The notes under the pieces: generated by a model
Databases searched by the model: none
The model's input: the letters and a program-made list of their open reading frames with translations, nothing else
Told to the model about the DNA's origin: nothing
In this document: one piece after another, positions 18,208-27,113 of the stretch
How positions within the stretch are numbered: position 1 is the stretch's first letter
Layout of the letters: every line of letters begins with the position of its first letter
Translations under genes and position numbers: made by a program
Assembly (NCBI GenBank): GCA_018065085.1
Contig: JAGHUA010000031.1
Location: 2,288-66,287, forward strand
From: Candidatus Liminaster caballi
GTDB lineage: Bacteria; Bacteroidota; Bacteroidia; Bacteroidales; UBA3663
Direction: 5' to 3'
DNA length: 64,000 nucleotides

Positions 18208-19749
18208 CTACCTGTCGCGCGAATAGACCATACGGACGGGGAAGCGTTGGCTGCGAGGTGCGTAGTTCCAGACCTGTCCGTCGGACGAAAAGGTATAATT
18301 GGCAGCGCAGTCGACCATATCGGATGGGATATCGGAAGCCCAATAGAAACCAAGCTGCCCAAGATGTTCGAGGCCCGATGATGTAAGTACGCCCGATGCC
18401 GGAAGGAAAATGGACACATTGCTGTATGCAAAACTTTCTTTCGGACCAAACACTTCGCAACCTGGCACACCATCGCGCTCGGTCCAGACCACATGGCAGT
18501 CGTTGAGCAAGGTGGCTATTTCCTGACTGGTGGGCAATCGCCAGTGTCCGCCCCAATCAAGGCGCGAAGCTTCGTCCCAAGTAAAATAGTCGCCATAGTC
18601 GGATGGCGATTCGGCTCCTACATTCATTGTGGCCCACCAAAGATGGTTGCTGACTCCAAGATCGACGTAAGCGTGGTTAGGATGCGAGGAGTCAATAACC
18701 CGGACCTTGCAGGTGGACTGCATGCAGGTGCCGTCTTTCGAGATGGCTGAGATGTAGCATTCGCCTTCGGTCAGAGGCTTGATGTAGCCTGTGACAGGAT
18801 GAACGCTGGCAACACGATTGTCGGTCGAGAACCAGAACAGATTGGTATTGGTGGCATCGGATGGAAAGACCGTGGCCTGAATAGAGAGCGAGTCAGAGAG
18901 CACGTCGATGGTAAGTTCGGAGGTCTCGAGGCTGACTTGCGAAACCAATTTCTCGCCCGGCAGCATTACGGCTCGCACGCCCTGCGCATAATATCGGTAA
19001 TAATATGTGGCGCACATATATTCGGGATTGAGGCGCACTCCGATGCAATTGTGGCAACCGTGAGTCATCAGCGAACGCGAGAAATAGAATCCGGAATTGC
19101 GTCCATCCATGAGCGATAAACCCAGATAGGCGCCATTGTTTGGGAAGAATATGGAATTGCCAGAACATTCGCCCCTGCCATGAAAGCGATAGCCAGGAAC
19201 GCCATTTAGGGTGTCGGCCTCATATTTGCAAAGCATCAACAGGGAATCGAACTCCGATCTGTAAGGCATGCGCCAGCCTCCACCCCATCGCACATGAGCA
19301 ACATCGTCTTCGGGCTGAAGCGTAATGAAGCCGTCAAGTCCCAACTCGTTCTTCACGTTGGTATTGTACTTGAGCATAGTAGGGAAATTGGCATCATTAG
19401 CATTATCAATGTTCGTGAACCGATAATCATTCCACACGCTTCCATTGACTGGCGGGACTTCACGGCCCAAATTGACGTTGACGGCCACGGTATCTCCCCA
19501 AGCATAATGATTGCCAACCTGTTCAGGACTTGTGGCTCCGATGTTCATTGTGGCCCAAAGCAAATGGTTGCAAATGCCTAGATCGACGTATTCATGGCCG
19601 TTGGCAAGGCTGTCGATATTTATAGGCGCAACAATGTGGCCGACGGAACCGTTGGGAAGAGCTGCAGAACCATCGGCTTCGATATTGTGCCTGCACGAAG
19701 AAAAAAGGCACAACACAATTATTATATATATGTGGAGGTAACGTGACAT
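18208..19749 (-). CDS. Lipoprotein with two DUF1566/FISUMP-like modules flanking a Big_2-like Ig domain, 513 aa
   Basis: It has a signal peptide with a lipobox (LCLFSSC). Two modules repeat (YVDLGICNHLLWATMNIGATSP...WRMP and YVDLGVSNHLWWATMNVGAESP...WRLPTSQEI). The central segment LSIQATVFPSDATNTNLFWFSTDNRVASV is Big_2-like. Confidence 0.7.
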   Translation of the reverse strand: MSRYLHIYIIIVLCLFSSCRHNIEADGSAALPNGSVGHIVAPINIDSLANGHEYVDLGICNHLLWATMNIGATSPEQVGNHYAWGDTVAVNVNLGREVPPVNGSVWNDYRFTNIDNANDANFPTMLKYNTNVKNELGLDGFITLQPEDDVAHVRWGGGWRMPYRSEFDSLLMLCKYEADTLNGVPGYRFHGRGECSGNSIFFPNNGAYLGLSLMDGRNSGFYFSRSLMTHGCHNCIGVRLNPEYMCATYYYRYYAQGVRAVMLPGEKLVSQVSLETSELTIDVLSDSLSIQATVFPSDATNTNLFWFSTDNRVASVHPVTGYIKPLTEGECYISAISKDGTCMQSTCKVRVIDSSHPNHAYVDLGVSNHLWWATMNVGAESPSDYGDYFTWDEASRLDWGGHWRLPTSQEIATLLNDCHVVWTERDGVPGCEVFGPKESFAYSNVSIFLPASGVLTSSGLEHLGQLGFYWASDIPSDMVDCAANYTFSSDGQVWNYAPRSQRFPVRMVYSRDR

Positions 19750-19755
19750 GGAGGG

Positions 19756-21324
19756 TTATCTGTCAGAAAGAGGATAATAATGAGTCAGGAAATAGGCAAA
19801 CTCAGGCAGACTCCAGTCGCTGAACATGCTATAGCTGTCGTGCACACGAATCAGGAGACCGTTAGTGAGCCTTATGTCACCGTCAGGAGCATATTTGTGA
19901 CGCATCTCGGCATCTGGCACAAGTCGCTGCACGATGACATTGAGCTGCTGATAATCGATAATTGGCAAATAGCGACTCGGATAATAAACCGCCAAAAGAC
20001 GCTGACTAAGAGGAGAATCGCCCATCAGAAGACGTTTCCTGTGCATGTCGTCAACATAGCCATAACCGATAACCTGACTGATACTGCGCCTCATGTCAAG
20101 GCATTCTTCTTCTGAAAGACCACGGCCAAAGCAAGTGGAAACCGGATAAGCGAGCATATCGCCAAGCAGGGGCATCTCGTTGCGCAGGCGGAAACAGAAA
20201 CCCTGCGGATTGCTGATGTCGTAATCGGTTGTGGTCATGCGCAAGATACTATCCGGCCTGAAATCATGGACGAACCGCTGTCTCTGTTCCATACTGAGAG
20301 TGAGTTCATCGGCCATTTTGGGCCTATACTTTGTGAACGACTGAAGTGCGCGAATCAGCTGCATGCGCTGTCCGGGAGTATAGCCGACGGTGAAGCGGTC
20401 AATCTCTTCGTATGGAATGTTGGTACCCTCAACGAAATGCTCGTCTTTAGGCCGCAAGAACAATATGCCACAGACTATTAGCAAAACACAGGCAGCCACA
20501 GCCGACACAACCGGCAAGATATTAGCAGGATGTTCGGCTGAACGAATGAGCCGCAACAATTCGTCGGCATCCGGGATACGTTTGTCAATGGAGAGTGTGC
20601 ATTTGCTGGCAATGTTTCGATAGCGACGACCAACACGTCCGAGACGCTTGTCGGCAAACAGTTCTTTCAGAATGACTCCGAAGCTGTAAATATCAGCACG
20701 CACATCTGTCGAGGCTCCATGATATTGCTCGGGCGCGATGTACTGTGCCGTTCCGGCTGCCTGCTTCAAGATAACATAGACATCTGAGTCGGAGAATCCG
20801 AAGTCGATGATCTTTGGGTTGTTGCCGTTGTCTGTGATGAGGATATTTTCTGGCTTGAGATCGCGATGTACTACCTGCAACGAGTGCATGTAGGCCATGC
20901 CCTCTGCCACCTCGCGTGCAATGCGCTGGGCTCGGGGCAGATAAGTCTCGACCGGCATGTACTGCCCTTCGGTCATGAACTGGCGCAAGGACTTTCCCTG
21001 CACGTATTCCATGACGATGCAGGTGCCAAGCCCTTCGACCTCCTCCAACCCGTAGCACTGAGCAATGTTGGGATGGGTGAGCGAACGATGAAGCTCATAT
21101 TCCTTCTTGAGCATCTGGCGAAACAGAGGAATCCCTGCATAGTCGGGCTTCAGGCCTTTGAGCATGTACCATTTTCCCTCACGGCAGGCTCGGACCAAAC
21201 GGTTATATCCCTGACTGACCACTTCGCTTCGGATTACGAACTGCGAAGAAAGGTCAGCCACGGACTGTCCGTAGTTTTCGTTGTCTATAAAACCTGATAT
21301 CAGGTCATCATCATTGGTTATCAC
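19756..21324 (-). CDS. Membrane-anchored Hanks-type Ser/Thr protein kinase, 522 aa
   Basis: HRDLKPENILI, DFGFS and APEQ motifs are present. One TM helix (ILPVVSAVAACVLLIVCGILFL) is followed by a ~230-aa C-terminal domain. The only available start is GTG 21324, inside the att repeat. Confidence 0.85.
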   Translation of the reverse strand: MITNDDDLISGFIDNENYGQSVADLSSQFVIRSEVVSQGYNRLVRACREGKWYMLKGLKPDYAGIPLFRQMLKKEYELHRSLTHPNIAQCYGLEEVEGLGTCIVMEYVQGKSLRQFMTEGQYMPVETYLPRAQRIAREVAEGMAYMHSLQVVHRDLKPENILITDNGNNPKIIDFGFSDSDVYVILKQAAGTAQYIAPEQYHGASTDVRADIYSFGVILKELFADKRLGRVGRRYRNIASKCTLSIDKRIPDADELLRLIRSAEHPANILPVVSAVAACVLLIVCGILFLRPKDEHFVEGTNIPYEEIDRFTVGYTPGQRMQLIRALQSFTKYRPKMADELTLSMEQRQRFVHDFRPDSILRMTTTDYDISNPQGFCFRLRNEMPLLGDMLAYPVSTCFGRGLSEEECLDMRRSISQVIGYGYVDDMHRKRLLMGDSPLSQRLLAVYYPSRYLPIIDYQQLNVIVQRLVPDAEMRHKYAPDGDIRLTNGLLIRVHDSYSMFSDWSLPEFAYFLTHYYPLSDR

Positions 21325-21339
21325 TTCTCGCGCATGAAG
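21320..21339. repeat. attL: 20-bp direct repeat ATCACTTCTCGCGCATGAAG
   Basis: Perfect copy of 29547-29566, which is the 3' end of der. Confidence 0.9.
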
Positions 21340-21493
21340 TTATACTTGTCACACATGCTCTTGGTTTCCATATCTATGAGTTAGTACTTTTTTTATCGAA
21401 CAACAAAATCTGGCAGGCAAAAGCTAGTCATTGACAGATTTGTCTTCGTCATTCACAAGAGAATTATCTTGCTGTATCGCCTTTTAGTCGGTG

Positions 21494-21501
21494 CAAAGAT
21501 A
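21494..21501 (-). promoter_or_regulatory. Outward-facing -7 box TATCTTTG at the island edge (minus strand)
   Basis: Plus-strand caaagata. It lies just after the S8 stop and 170 nt upstream of the kinase GTG. Confidence 0.3.
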
Positions 21502-21510
21502 AAAATAAAA

Positions 21511-23922
21511 TTAACCGATAACAATTCCTATCTTTTGAGCTATTGAAGTATATATATCTACTTCTGGCACTTCAAGAGAAACGACAAGCGAATACTTAAT
21601 GATACTATCTTTCTTGTTCTTTCTTGATTTCCACCACCCTGTTGCTGGATAAATCGCTATCATATTGCAAGCGGCTATATTGACTGCCGTATCAACAATA
21701 GAATCCGAATGGATACTACCATGATTCCTTCTATTTATGCCGATATCCCATCTAGAAGTATCATTCTTTAGCTTGTCGATACCCTCTTGTGCGACATTAG
21801 AAACCCTTACTTTAAAATGCTCTTCGTCTTCCAATGGTCGATTAACATCAAATCTCAACACAGTTGAAGGATACTTGTATTTATTTAAGACCTCACGATT
21901 TCCAGGAGATGGCTCTACGTAATATGATAATGTTACTTTCAGTTTTACCGACAATTCTCCCAATTCTTGTAATATCTCTTTTGGCCAAGGGAGTTTATAC
22001 AAATGCATTTGAGCAAAAGAAAGTTCAGACGTATTAGCTTTCAAAGTATATGGTTTTATTACTTCTTCGCTAATAAAAGTGACATTAGAATTTGTTGTCA
22101 TTAATGCTTTTTCTCTATTCGGTGTACCATATCCACAAACATGCATCAATGCATCTTTATCGAGGATACCGTCAACATCAGTATAGAGAGTCTTCATTGT
22201 ATCTGTCCATTCTGCAGAATGTACCATCAATGCTCGAATAGAAAGAGCTGATATCCCAGGATTATAGTATTTAATTTCCCCTGCCAATTTGGTCGCCAAA
22301 GCAACGGCAGCACTTGTCGCATTAAATGAACTGAATTTTCTAATAATGGGCTGAGCATTAGTTGAAACCAAATCTAAATCATCATGATAAGAAAAAGAAT
22401 TCTCGCTTTGCCAATACGCATTTCCACCTTCCATCACAATTTCTGGTTTTATCGCATTTGAGTCTCCCCATAGAGAACTTGATGTAGTCATTGGTGATGG
22501 TCCTCCACTAGGAGCAACTATCCTTACACCAGCCATTTGCGGGTCATTCACAGCAACTTTTTGGGTCATTGCCCCAACAGTAAGCGCATTCCAAGCCTGA
22601 GCCGGATCATGCAAGACTTCCGTATCTAGAAAATAAGGGTACTCAAGACCGTTATCATTCCTACGATTGCCAGCAGAAAGCATCAGCATACTATCTGCTT
22701 CAACAGAGTCAAAGAGTTTTTTGTCAATAGCTGCAGAAGTAGCAGTTGCCATACCAGACAAACAATCTTCAGCGGTAACACTACACATCATAATATTACC
22801 CCCTAGATCTATACTACTGTCAATTGCATTTAAGGTAATGACAGCCTTATGTTCTTGGTCTGTCTCTGCTGTCGCTCTATCATGATACATTTTGACAGAA
22901 ACAAGTTCATTGGTAATCGATGAAATTACAGGGCGACAAATAAGCTCAGATAAATCACCATATAGAACTAAACCTGCCGAGAAAGTCCCATGTTTAGCTA
23001 CATCTTTTAGACCTAAAGCCGGATTCTTAACTGATTTGCAGCGATCATTAGGTAAGAAATCTGACAAAAGGGAATGGCTGTTATTCACACCAGAATCTAA
23101 TAAACCTATTCTTGAAAGATGCCCAGCGGCAACCTCTACATTCTGACGAATCAGTTCCTCCCATTCTCGATCTTCAGCCATGGTAGCAGAAGTCAAAACC
23201 GAAGGACAATGATATTTTCTGATTTCTAGGATTGGTTTTACGACATGAATAAGCTGTTCTAACTGACGTTTATTAGCTTTGACTAAAAGTACTTTTTCAT
23301 CTTCAAAAGCCAAAACTCCATTTCCGACAGTCACTTGCAGTTCCTGAATCTTTGTTTTGACTACATCAATATCCGAAGTCGATGGAATCCAAAGCTCATA
23401 GTCTGATACTACATCTGTAACTTGCTCGAACTCTTCTTCATTCTTAAAAAAGGAGGAAAGACTTGTTGCATGAATATCTTTGATGGCGTTTACTATAGCC
23501 GAAGACTTCCTATTTTTCCCTTGATCAGGTTCGACATCATACGCATCTAACTTGTCGTTCATCCAAGAGTCTTTGCTTGCTGGGATAAAAACAGTTGCCA
23601 CAGAGCTATTATCCTCATGTCTCCTTACATTCATGAGTTGGACACATCTCTTAGTATCAAGCTGCTTCCATGATTCCAAAGGAGAGTTTTTGTCCATAGA
23701 AATATCAACGTATGCTCCAGCATTGGCAACAACACCCTGAGGAAGGACTGAACCCGCAGCCTCTCTCAAGGTGTCTAAAGCTGAACAATACGCTAAACGA
23801 AGATTTGCCGAATGTTCCAAAGGATTGGCTGGAGGAACCAGTTTTCCGCCACCTCCACCTTGGCCTTTAAATTCTATCGATTCTGCAAAATCATGTAATG
23901 CTATATGAGGATGATTCGCCAT
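21511..23922 (-). CDS. S8 (subtilisin-family) serine protease, IetS-like, 803 aa
   Basis: Catalytic-triad contexts are IGLLDSGVN (Asp), AKHGTFSAGLV (His) and FNATSAAVALAT (Ser). It has a ~270-aa N-terminal region and starts 11 nt after the ATPase stop. Confidence 0.85.
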   Translation of the reverse strand: MANHPHIALHDFAESIEFKGQGGGGGKLVPPANPLEHSANLRLAYCSALDTLREAAGSVLPQGVVANAGAYVDISMDKNSPLESWKQLDTKRCVQLMNVRRHEDNSSVATVFIPASKDSWMNDKLDAYDVEPDQGKNRKSSAIVNAIKDIHATSLSSFFKNEEEFEQVTDVVSDYELWIPSTSDIDVVKTKIQELQVTVGNGVLAFEDEKVLLVKANKRQLEQLIHVVKPILEIRKYHCPSVLTSATMAEDREWEELIRQNVEVAAGHLSRIGLLDSGVNNSHSLLSDFLPNDRCKSVKNPALGLKDVAKHGTFSAGLVLYGDLSELICRPVISSITNELVSVKMYHDRATAETDQEHKAVITLNAIDSSIDLGGNIMMCSVTAEDCLSGMATATSAAIDKKLFDSVEADSMLMLSAGNRRNDNGLEYPYFLDTEVLHDPAQAWNALTVGAMTQKVAVNDPQMAGVRIVAPSGGPSPMTTSSSLWGDSNAIKPEIVMEGGNAYWQSENSFSYHDDLDLVSTNAQPIIRKFSSFNATSAAVALATKLAGEIKYYNPGISALSIRALMVHSAEWTDTMKTLYTDVDGILDKDALMHVCGYGTPNREKALMTTNSNVTFISEEVIKPYTLKANTSELSFAQMHLYKLPWPKEILQELGELSVKLKVTLSYYVEPSPGNREVLNKYKYPSTVLRFDVNRPLEDEEHFKVRVSNVAQEGIDKLKNDTSRWDIGINRRNHGSIHSDSIVDTAVNIAACNMIAIYPATGWWKSRKNKKDSIIKYSLVVSLEVPEVDIYTSIAQKIGIVIG

Positions 23923-23933
23923 AATATACTATC

Positions 23934-24896
23934 TTAATTTGCATAGGCAAGGTATCTTTGCGCAACAACTGATGAGATTAATTCATAATCCACAATCTTA
24001 TCCATCAGCAAAGATTCCTTCATTACATCACGGCACACAAGGGTAATCTCTGCATGACTCATTTTATCAAATAAAGGAATGATCATTTCTAAACATATCG
24101 AAGCTGGCAAGAAACCGTCCATTTGTCTGAGTATAAGTGCCTCTATTTCTTGCGGGCTTGGCAACTGATAGTTAATCACCTCATCAAATCTACGGAATAA
24201 GGCTTTATCAAGAGATTCAACACTATTGGTTGCAGAAATGATTATACTGTCAGAATCGTCACGTTCCATAAACTGAAGGAAAGAGTTCAATATGCGTCGT
24301 TGTTCTCCAACTTCATTATCTAGACCTCGTTGCGTACCAATGGCATCAAACTCATCAAACAAATAAACACCAGGCTCTTGCGCGATCAAGTCGAAAATCT
24401 TACTTAATTTCAAGCTTGTCTCGCCCATAAATTTAGTTACCACCTTTTCCATAAGAACCACATACAAAGGCAATCTTACTTCATTTGCAATAACAGAGGC
24501 TGTCATCGTTTTGCCTGTTCCAGAAGGTCCTGCAAGGAGAAGTTTTCTTCTGTTTTGGAGACGATATTCTGCCAATTTTTCTTTATGATGATATTCTCTT
24601 ATTACACGATTCACTTTATCTGTTACTGATGATGGCGAAACCAAATCTTTCATAACAAAGCCTTTGTCAACCTCTAAAACCATCTCTGACAACTCTGCAT
24701 TTACTGCGTTCACCCTACGCATCCTCACAGAAAGAACCGGCTTCGCATTAAGTTCCTGCTTAATCGAGGATGACACGACTTTATGTCCCGCCTTTGATTC
24801 TGCAGCAGCAATCTGTGCAGCTATAAGACGGAATCTTTCATCGTCACCAGACATGTGGCTTTTGATAAGTGCTAATATTTGGTCAGAACTAGCCAT
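23934..24896 (-). CDS. AAA+ ATPase (classic AAA, PF00004-like), IetA-like, ~320 aa
   Basis: Walker A is GPSGTGKT, Walker B is VYLFDEFD, and the sensor-1/Arg region is ISATNSVESLDKALFRRFD. The ORF track starts at TTG 24965. I prefer ATG 24896 (MASSDQIL), which lies downstream of a promoter-like box. Confidence 0.85.
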   Translation of the reverse strand: MASSDQILALIKSHMSGDDERFRLIAAQIAAAESKAGHKVVSSSIKQELNAKPVLSVRMRRVNAVNAELSEMVLEVDKGFVMKDLVSPSSVTDKVNRVIREYHHKEKLAEYRLQNRRKLLLAGPSGTGKTMTASVIANEVRLPLYVVLMEKVVTKFMGETSLKLSKIFDLIAQEPGVYLFDEFDAIGTQRGLDNEVGEQRRILNSFLQFMERDDSDSIIISATNSVESLDKALFRRFDEVINYQLPSPQEIEALILRQMDGFLPASICLEMIIPLFDKMSHAEITLVCRDVMKESLLMDKIVDYELISSVVAQRYLAYAN

Positions 24897-24926
24897 AAAC
24901 TCGTAAATCGTATAATTTTTGCTGTG

Positions 24927-24934
24927 CAAAAATA
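24927..24934 (-). promoter_or_regulatory. -7 box TATTTTTG (minus strand) upstream of the ATPase
   Basis: Plus-strand caaaaata, ~30 nt upstream of ATG 24896. Confidence 0.35.
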
Positions 24935-25098
24935 TGCACATCTTCGGACATATCCAAATTTTCAACCAACTTGTTTATTTTTATAATGATTATTTAACCT
25001 CTTTTTGCGCGATTTGGTAATCTTTTTAACAAATAACCAGTAAAAGAAGTGCACTCTCTCTAAAGGACTTCCTTTCCAAAGGCAACTTATCAGAGTTA

Positions 25099-26916
25099 TC
25101 AAAAAATATTCAAACTATCATAATACATTTGTTCTGAAACTACAAGCTCAAAATATGATTTAATAAACGCCTCCATCTCTGGATATTTATTTTTGGGAAT
25201 TTTCGCTTGGACCAGAACCGCTGTGTTATTCAGTTCTTCTTCATATGGAGGGTTCCAGGGCCATTGCAAAGAAAGACCAATAGATTTCCCCTTTACTATA
25301 AAAGAAGTCTGTCCATTGATAAACTTAATATCAAAACAAATCCTCTTTAACTCCCGTGTGAGTTCTTGCTGTAAGTTGGTCCATGTTCCTGTATATTGAG
25401 TTTCTGCTATATTTATATAATGATAGGAGTCATCATGTGAATACTCTCCTACATCAAACATTCCAGAATTCCACATTGTTACAATGTCAAATTCGTATGG
25501 TTTTGATTGAGATAATTTAGAACATGTTTCCCAAATCAGACTTTTCTTAAAATCTGCTTCTAAAACATCTGTGTATTTCTTTCTTTTGGACTTATTTCGC
25601 AAAAGGTAAAATTTTCCACCTCCTGCTGTAGCACATTCTGAAATACATAGATCTTCCCTATTAAATTCTTTTATGGAATTGCTAATTGAAATAAAACGCA
25701 AATATCGATTCAATTTTTTCCAATAGGCATACCTCTTGCCAGACTTGCCTACTGCAATTCCAATCCTACCATGTTCTGATTCGAAATCTTCTAAAGATTG
25801 AGTATTGACAAACTTAAAATGTATAGAACTAGACTGATGATGATACGTACCATTAACTATATTATCATATTCTGTTCGGAGTTTTATATAAACAGGATCA
25901 GTTTCACCCTTTACCATCTTTAGATAATTCAATTTTCCCAATATGATGAGTTTGAAACCTTCCTCTCCTTTATATTCTGAAATATTATTATTTTTTCTAT
26001 ACGAACTATAGGCATCATGCACCCCATACCATTTCCAAATATACAAAATTTGTCTAATGGAACGCACATATTTTCTGCAGAGATTCACTTTCTCGCATAC
26101 AATTAATCCAGTCACTTCTTGCCTTGACCCTCTTTTTTGTAAACGAGTTTTCTTTACATTAATAGTAAATTTCTGATCTGCAATTATTCGATTCAATTCA
26201 TTACAGAAATCACTATTATCCTGAAATACATTATGATTACTACTAAAGGTAATATCATCTGCATATCTTGAATAACACAAACCGAATCGCTTAGCTAATC
26301 CCGTAAGCCTTCTATCTAAAGTATCACAAATAGCGTTTGAGAGCAAAGGAGACGTAGGGGCTCCTTGGGGTAAAATATAATCTGCTGTACTTCGGTTGTT
26401 CTTAATGGACGGTTGCATTTTTACACAACACATTCCTGCAATTGCATTTACTAAAGGTTGCCTAAAATTAAAAGGAGGCAATTGCAACCGTTTCCATACT
26501 CTAGCTTGTTGAATAGATCCAAAAAAATCTTCAAGATCTATGCTATACACATAATTATGACCAATATGGACTTTTGCATTATTTACAATAGACCGTCCGA
26601 CACAAAATGCTGTTGCGAATTCGTTTGGGGTGTACAATGCTTTAAAAACTTCATTTAGGCAATGTAGAATTACCCCCAATCGCACATTCGGAATACATAT
26701 TTGACGTGTTCCACCAGATTTCTTTGGAATGTTAACCAAAGAAAACCTTTTATATGTCAAATTAGGATTTGCATATCGCTTTATGTGGGCGAGTGTGAAA
26801 TCCATTTTACGGATATAAGTTTCCCTATCACTCTTTCTTATATCATCAAGCAACTTATAAAGCGATTCTACATCGGATATTTTGCTTACTCTTGCTACAA
26901 TTTCATTGTTTTCCAT
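25099..26916 (-). CDS. Retron-type reverse transcriptase with ~290-aa C-terminal extension, 605 aa
   Basis: RT motifs are IPKKSGGTRQICIP, NAKVH (NAxxH), LPQGAPTSPLLSN, RYADDITFS and RQEVTGLIV (VTG). The inverted-repeat-flanked ncRNA region ends 6 nt upstream of the ATG. Confidence 0.85.
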   Translation of the reverse strand: MENNEIVARVSKISDVESLYKLLDDIRKSDRETYIRKMDFTLAHIKRYANPNLTYKRFSLVNIPKKSGGTRQICIPNVRLGVILHCLNEVFKALYTPNEFATAFCVGRSIVNNAKVHIGHNYVYSIDLEDFFGSIQQARVWKRLQLPPFNFRQPLVNAIAGMCCVKMQPSIKNNRSTADYILPQGAPTSPLLSNAICDTLDRRLTGLAKRFGLCYSRYADDITFSSNHNVFQDNSDFCNELNRIIADQKFTINVKKTRLQKRGSRQEVTGLIVCEKVNLCRKYVRSIRQILYIWKWYGVHDAYSSYRKNNNISEYKGEEGFKLIILGKLNYLKMVKGETDPVYIKLRTEYDNIVNGTYHHQSSSIHFKFVNTQSLEDFESEHGRIGIAVGKSGKRYAYWKKLNRYLRFISISNSIKEFNREDLCISECATAGGGKFYLLRNKSKRKKYTDVLEADFKKSLIWETCSKLSQSKPYEFDIVTMWNSGMFDVGEYSHDDSYHYINIAETQYTGTWTNLQQELTRELKRICFDIKFINGQTSFIVKGKSIGLSLQWPWNPPYEEELNNTAVLVQAKIPKNKYPEMEAFIKSYFELVVSEQMYYDSLNIF

Positions 26917-26922
26917 AAAAAA

Positions 26923-27083
26923 GACTCCATGAGGTTAGTTAGACTTCTTTTCATTATATCAGACAACCTGGCCATTTTCCCCCTAATCTAGGGTGTTAAA
27001 CATTGCTGCCCGAAACAGAGTCTCGGGAATCTGTCGAATGCAACAGACATTTTCAAAATTATATCTATTAACCTCATGGAGTC
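26923..27083 (-). ncRNA. Candidate retron msr-msd ncRNA
   Basis: A perfect 15-nt inverted repeat (27083-27069 GACTCCATGAGGTTA on the minus strand; 26937-26923 TAACCTCATGGAGTC) encloses 131 nt containing three short hairpins. This is the a1/a2 geometry found directly upstream of a retron RT. Confidence 0.6.
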
Positions 27084-27113
27084 ATTATATGTTGCCAATC
27101 TACAAAAACTCTA

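Noticed and set aside
20693-21058. 121-aa Arg/His-rich ORF and other alternative-frame ORFs inside the kinase gene; similar ones occur at 17558-17995, 18158-18556 and 29640-30044
   Set aside because: These are alternative frames of GC-richer genes with clear kinase, lipoprotein or Der motifs in the main frame. Their Arg/Ser/Pro-rich composition is typical of off-frame translation.
25099-26916. RT as a group II intron maturase or a DGR reverse transcriptase
   Set aside because: The motifs are retron-type (NAxxH, YADDITFS, VTG). The flanking structure is a short a1/a2 inverted repeat rather than intron domains. I saw no template/variable repeat pair nearby. I could not exhaustively search for TR/VR by eye.
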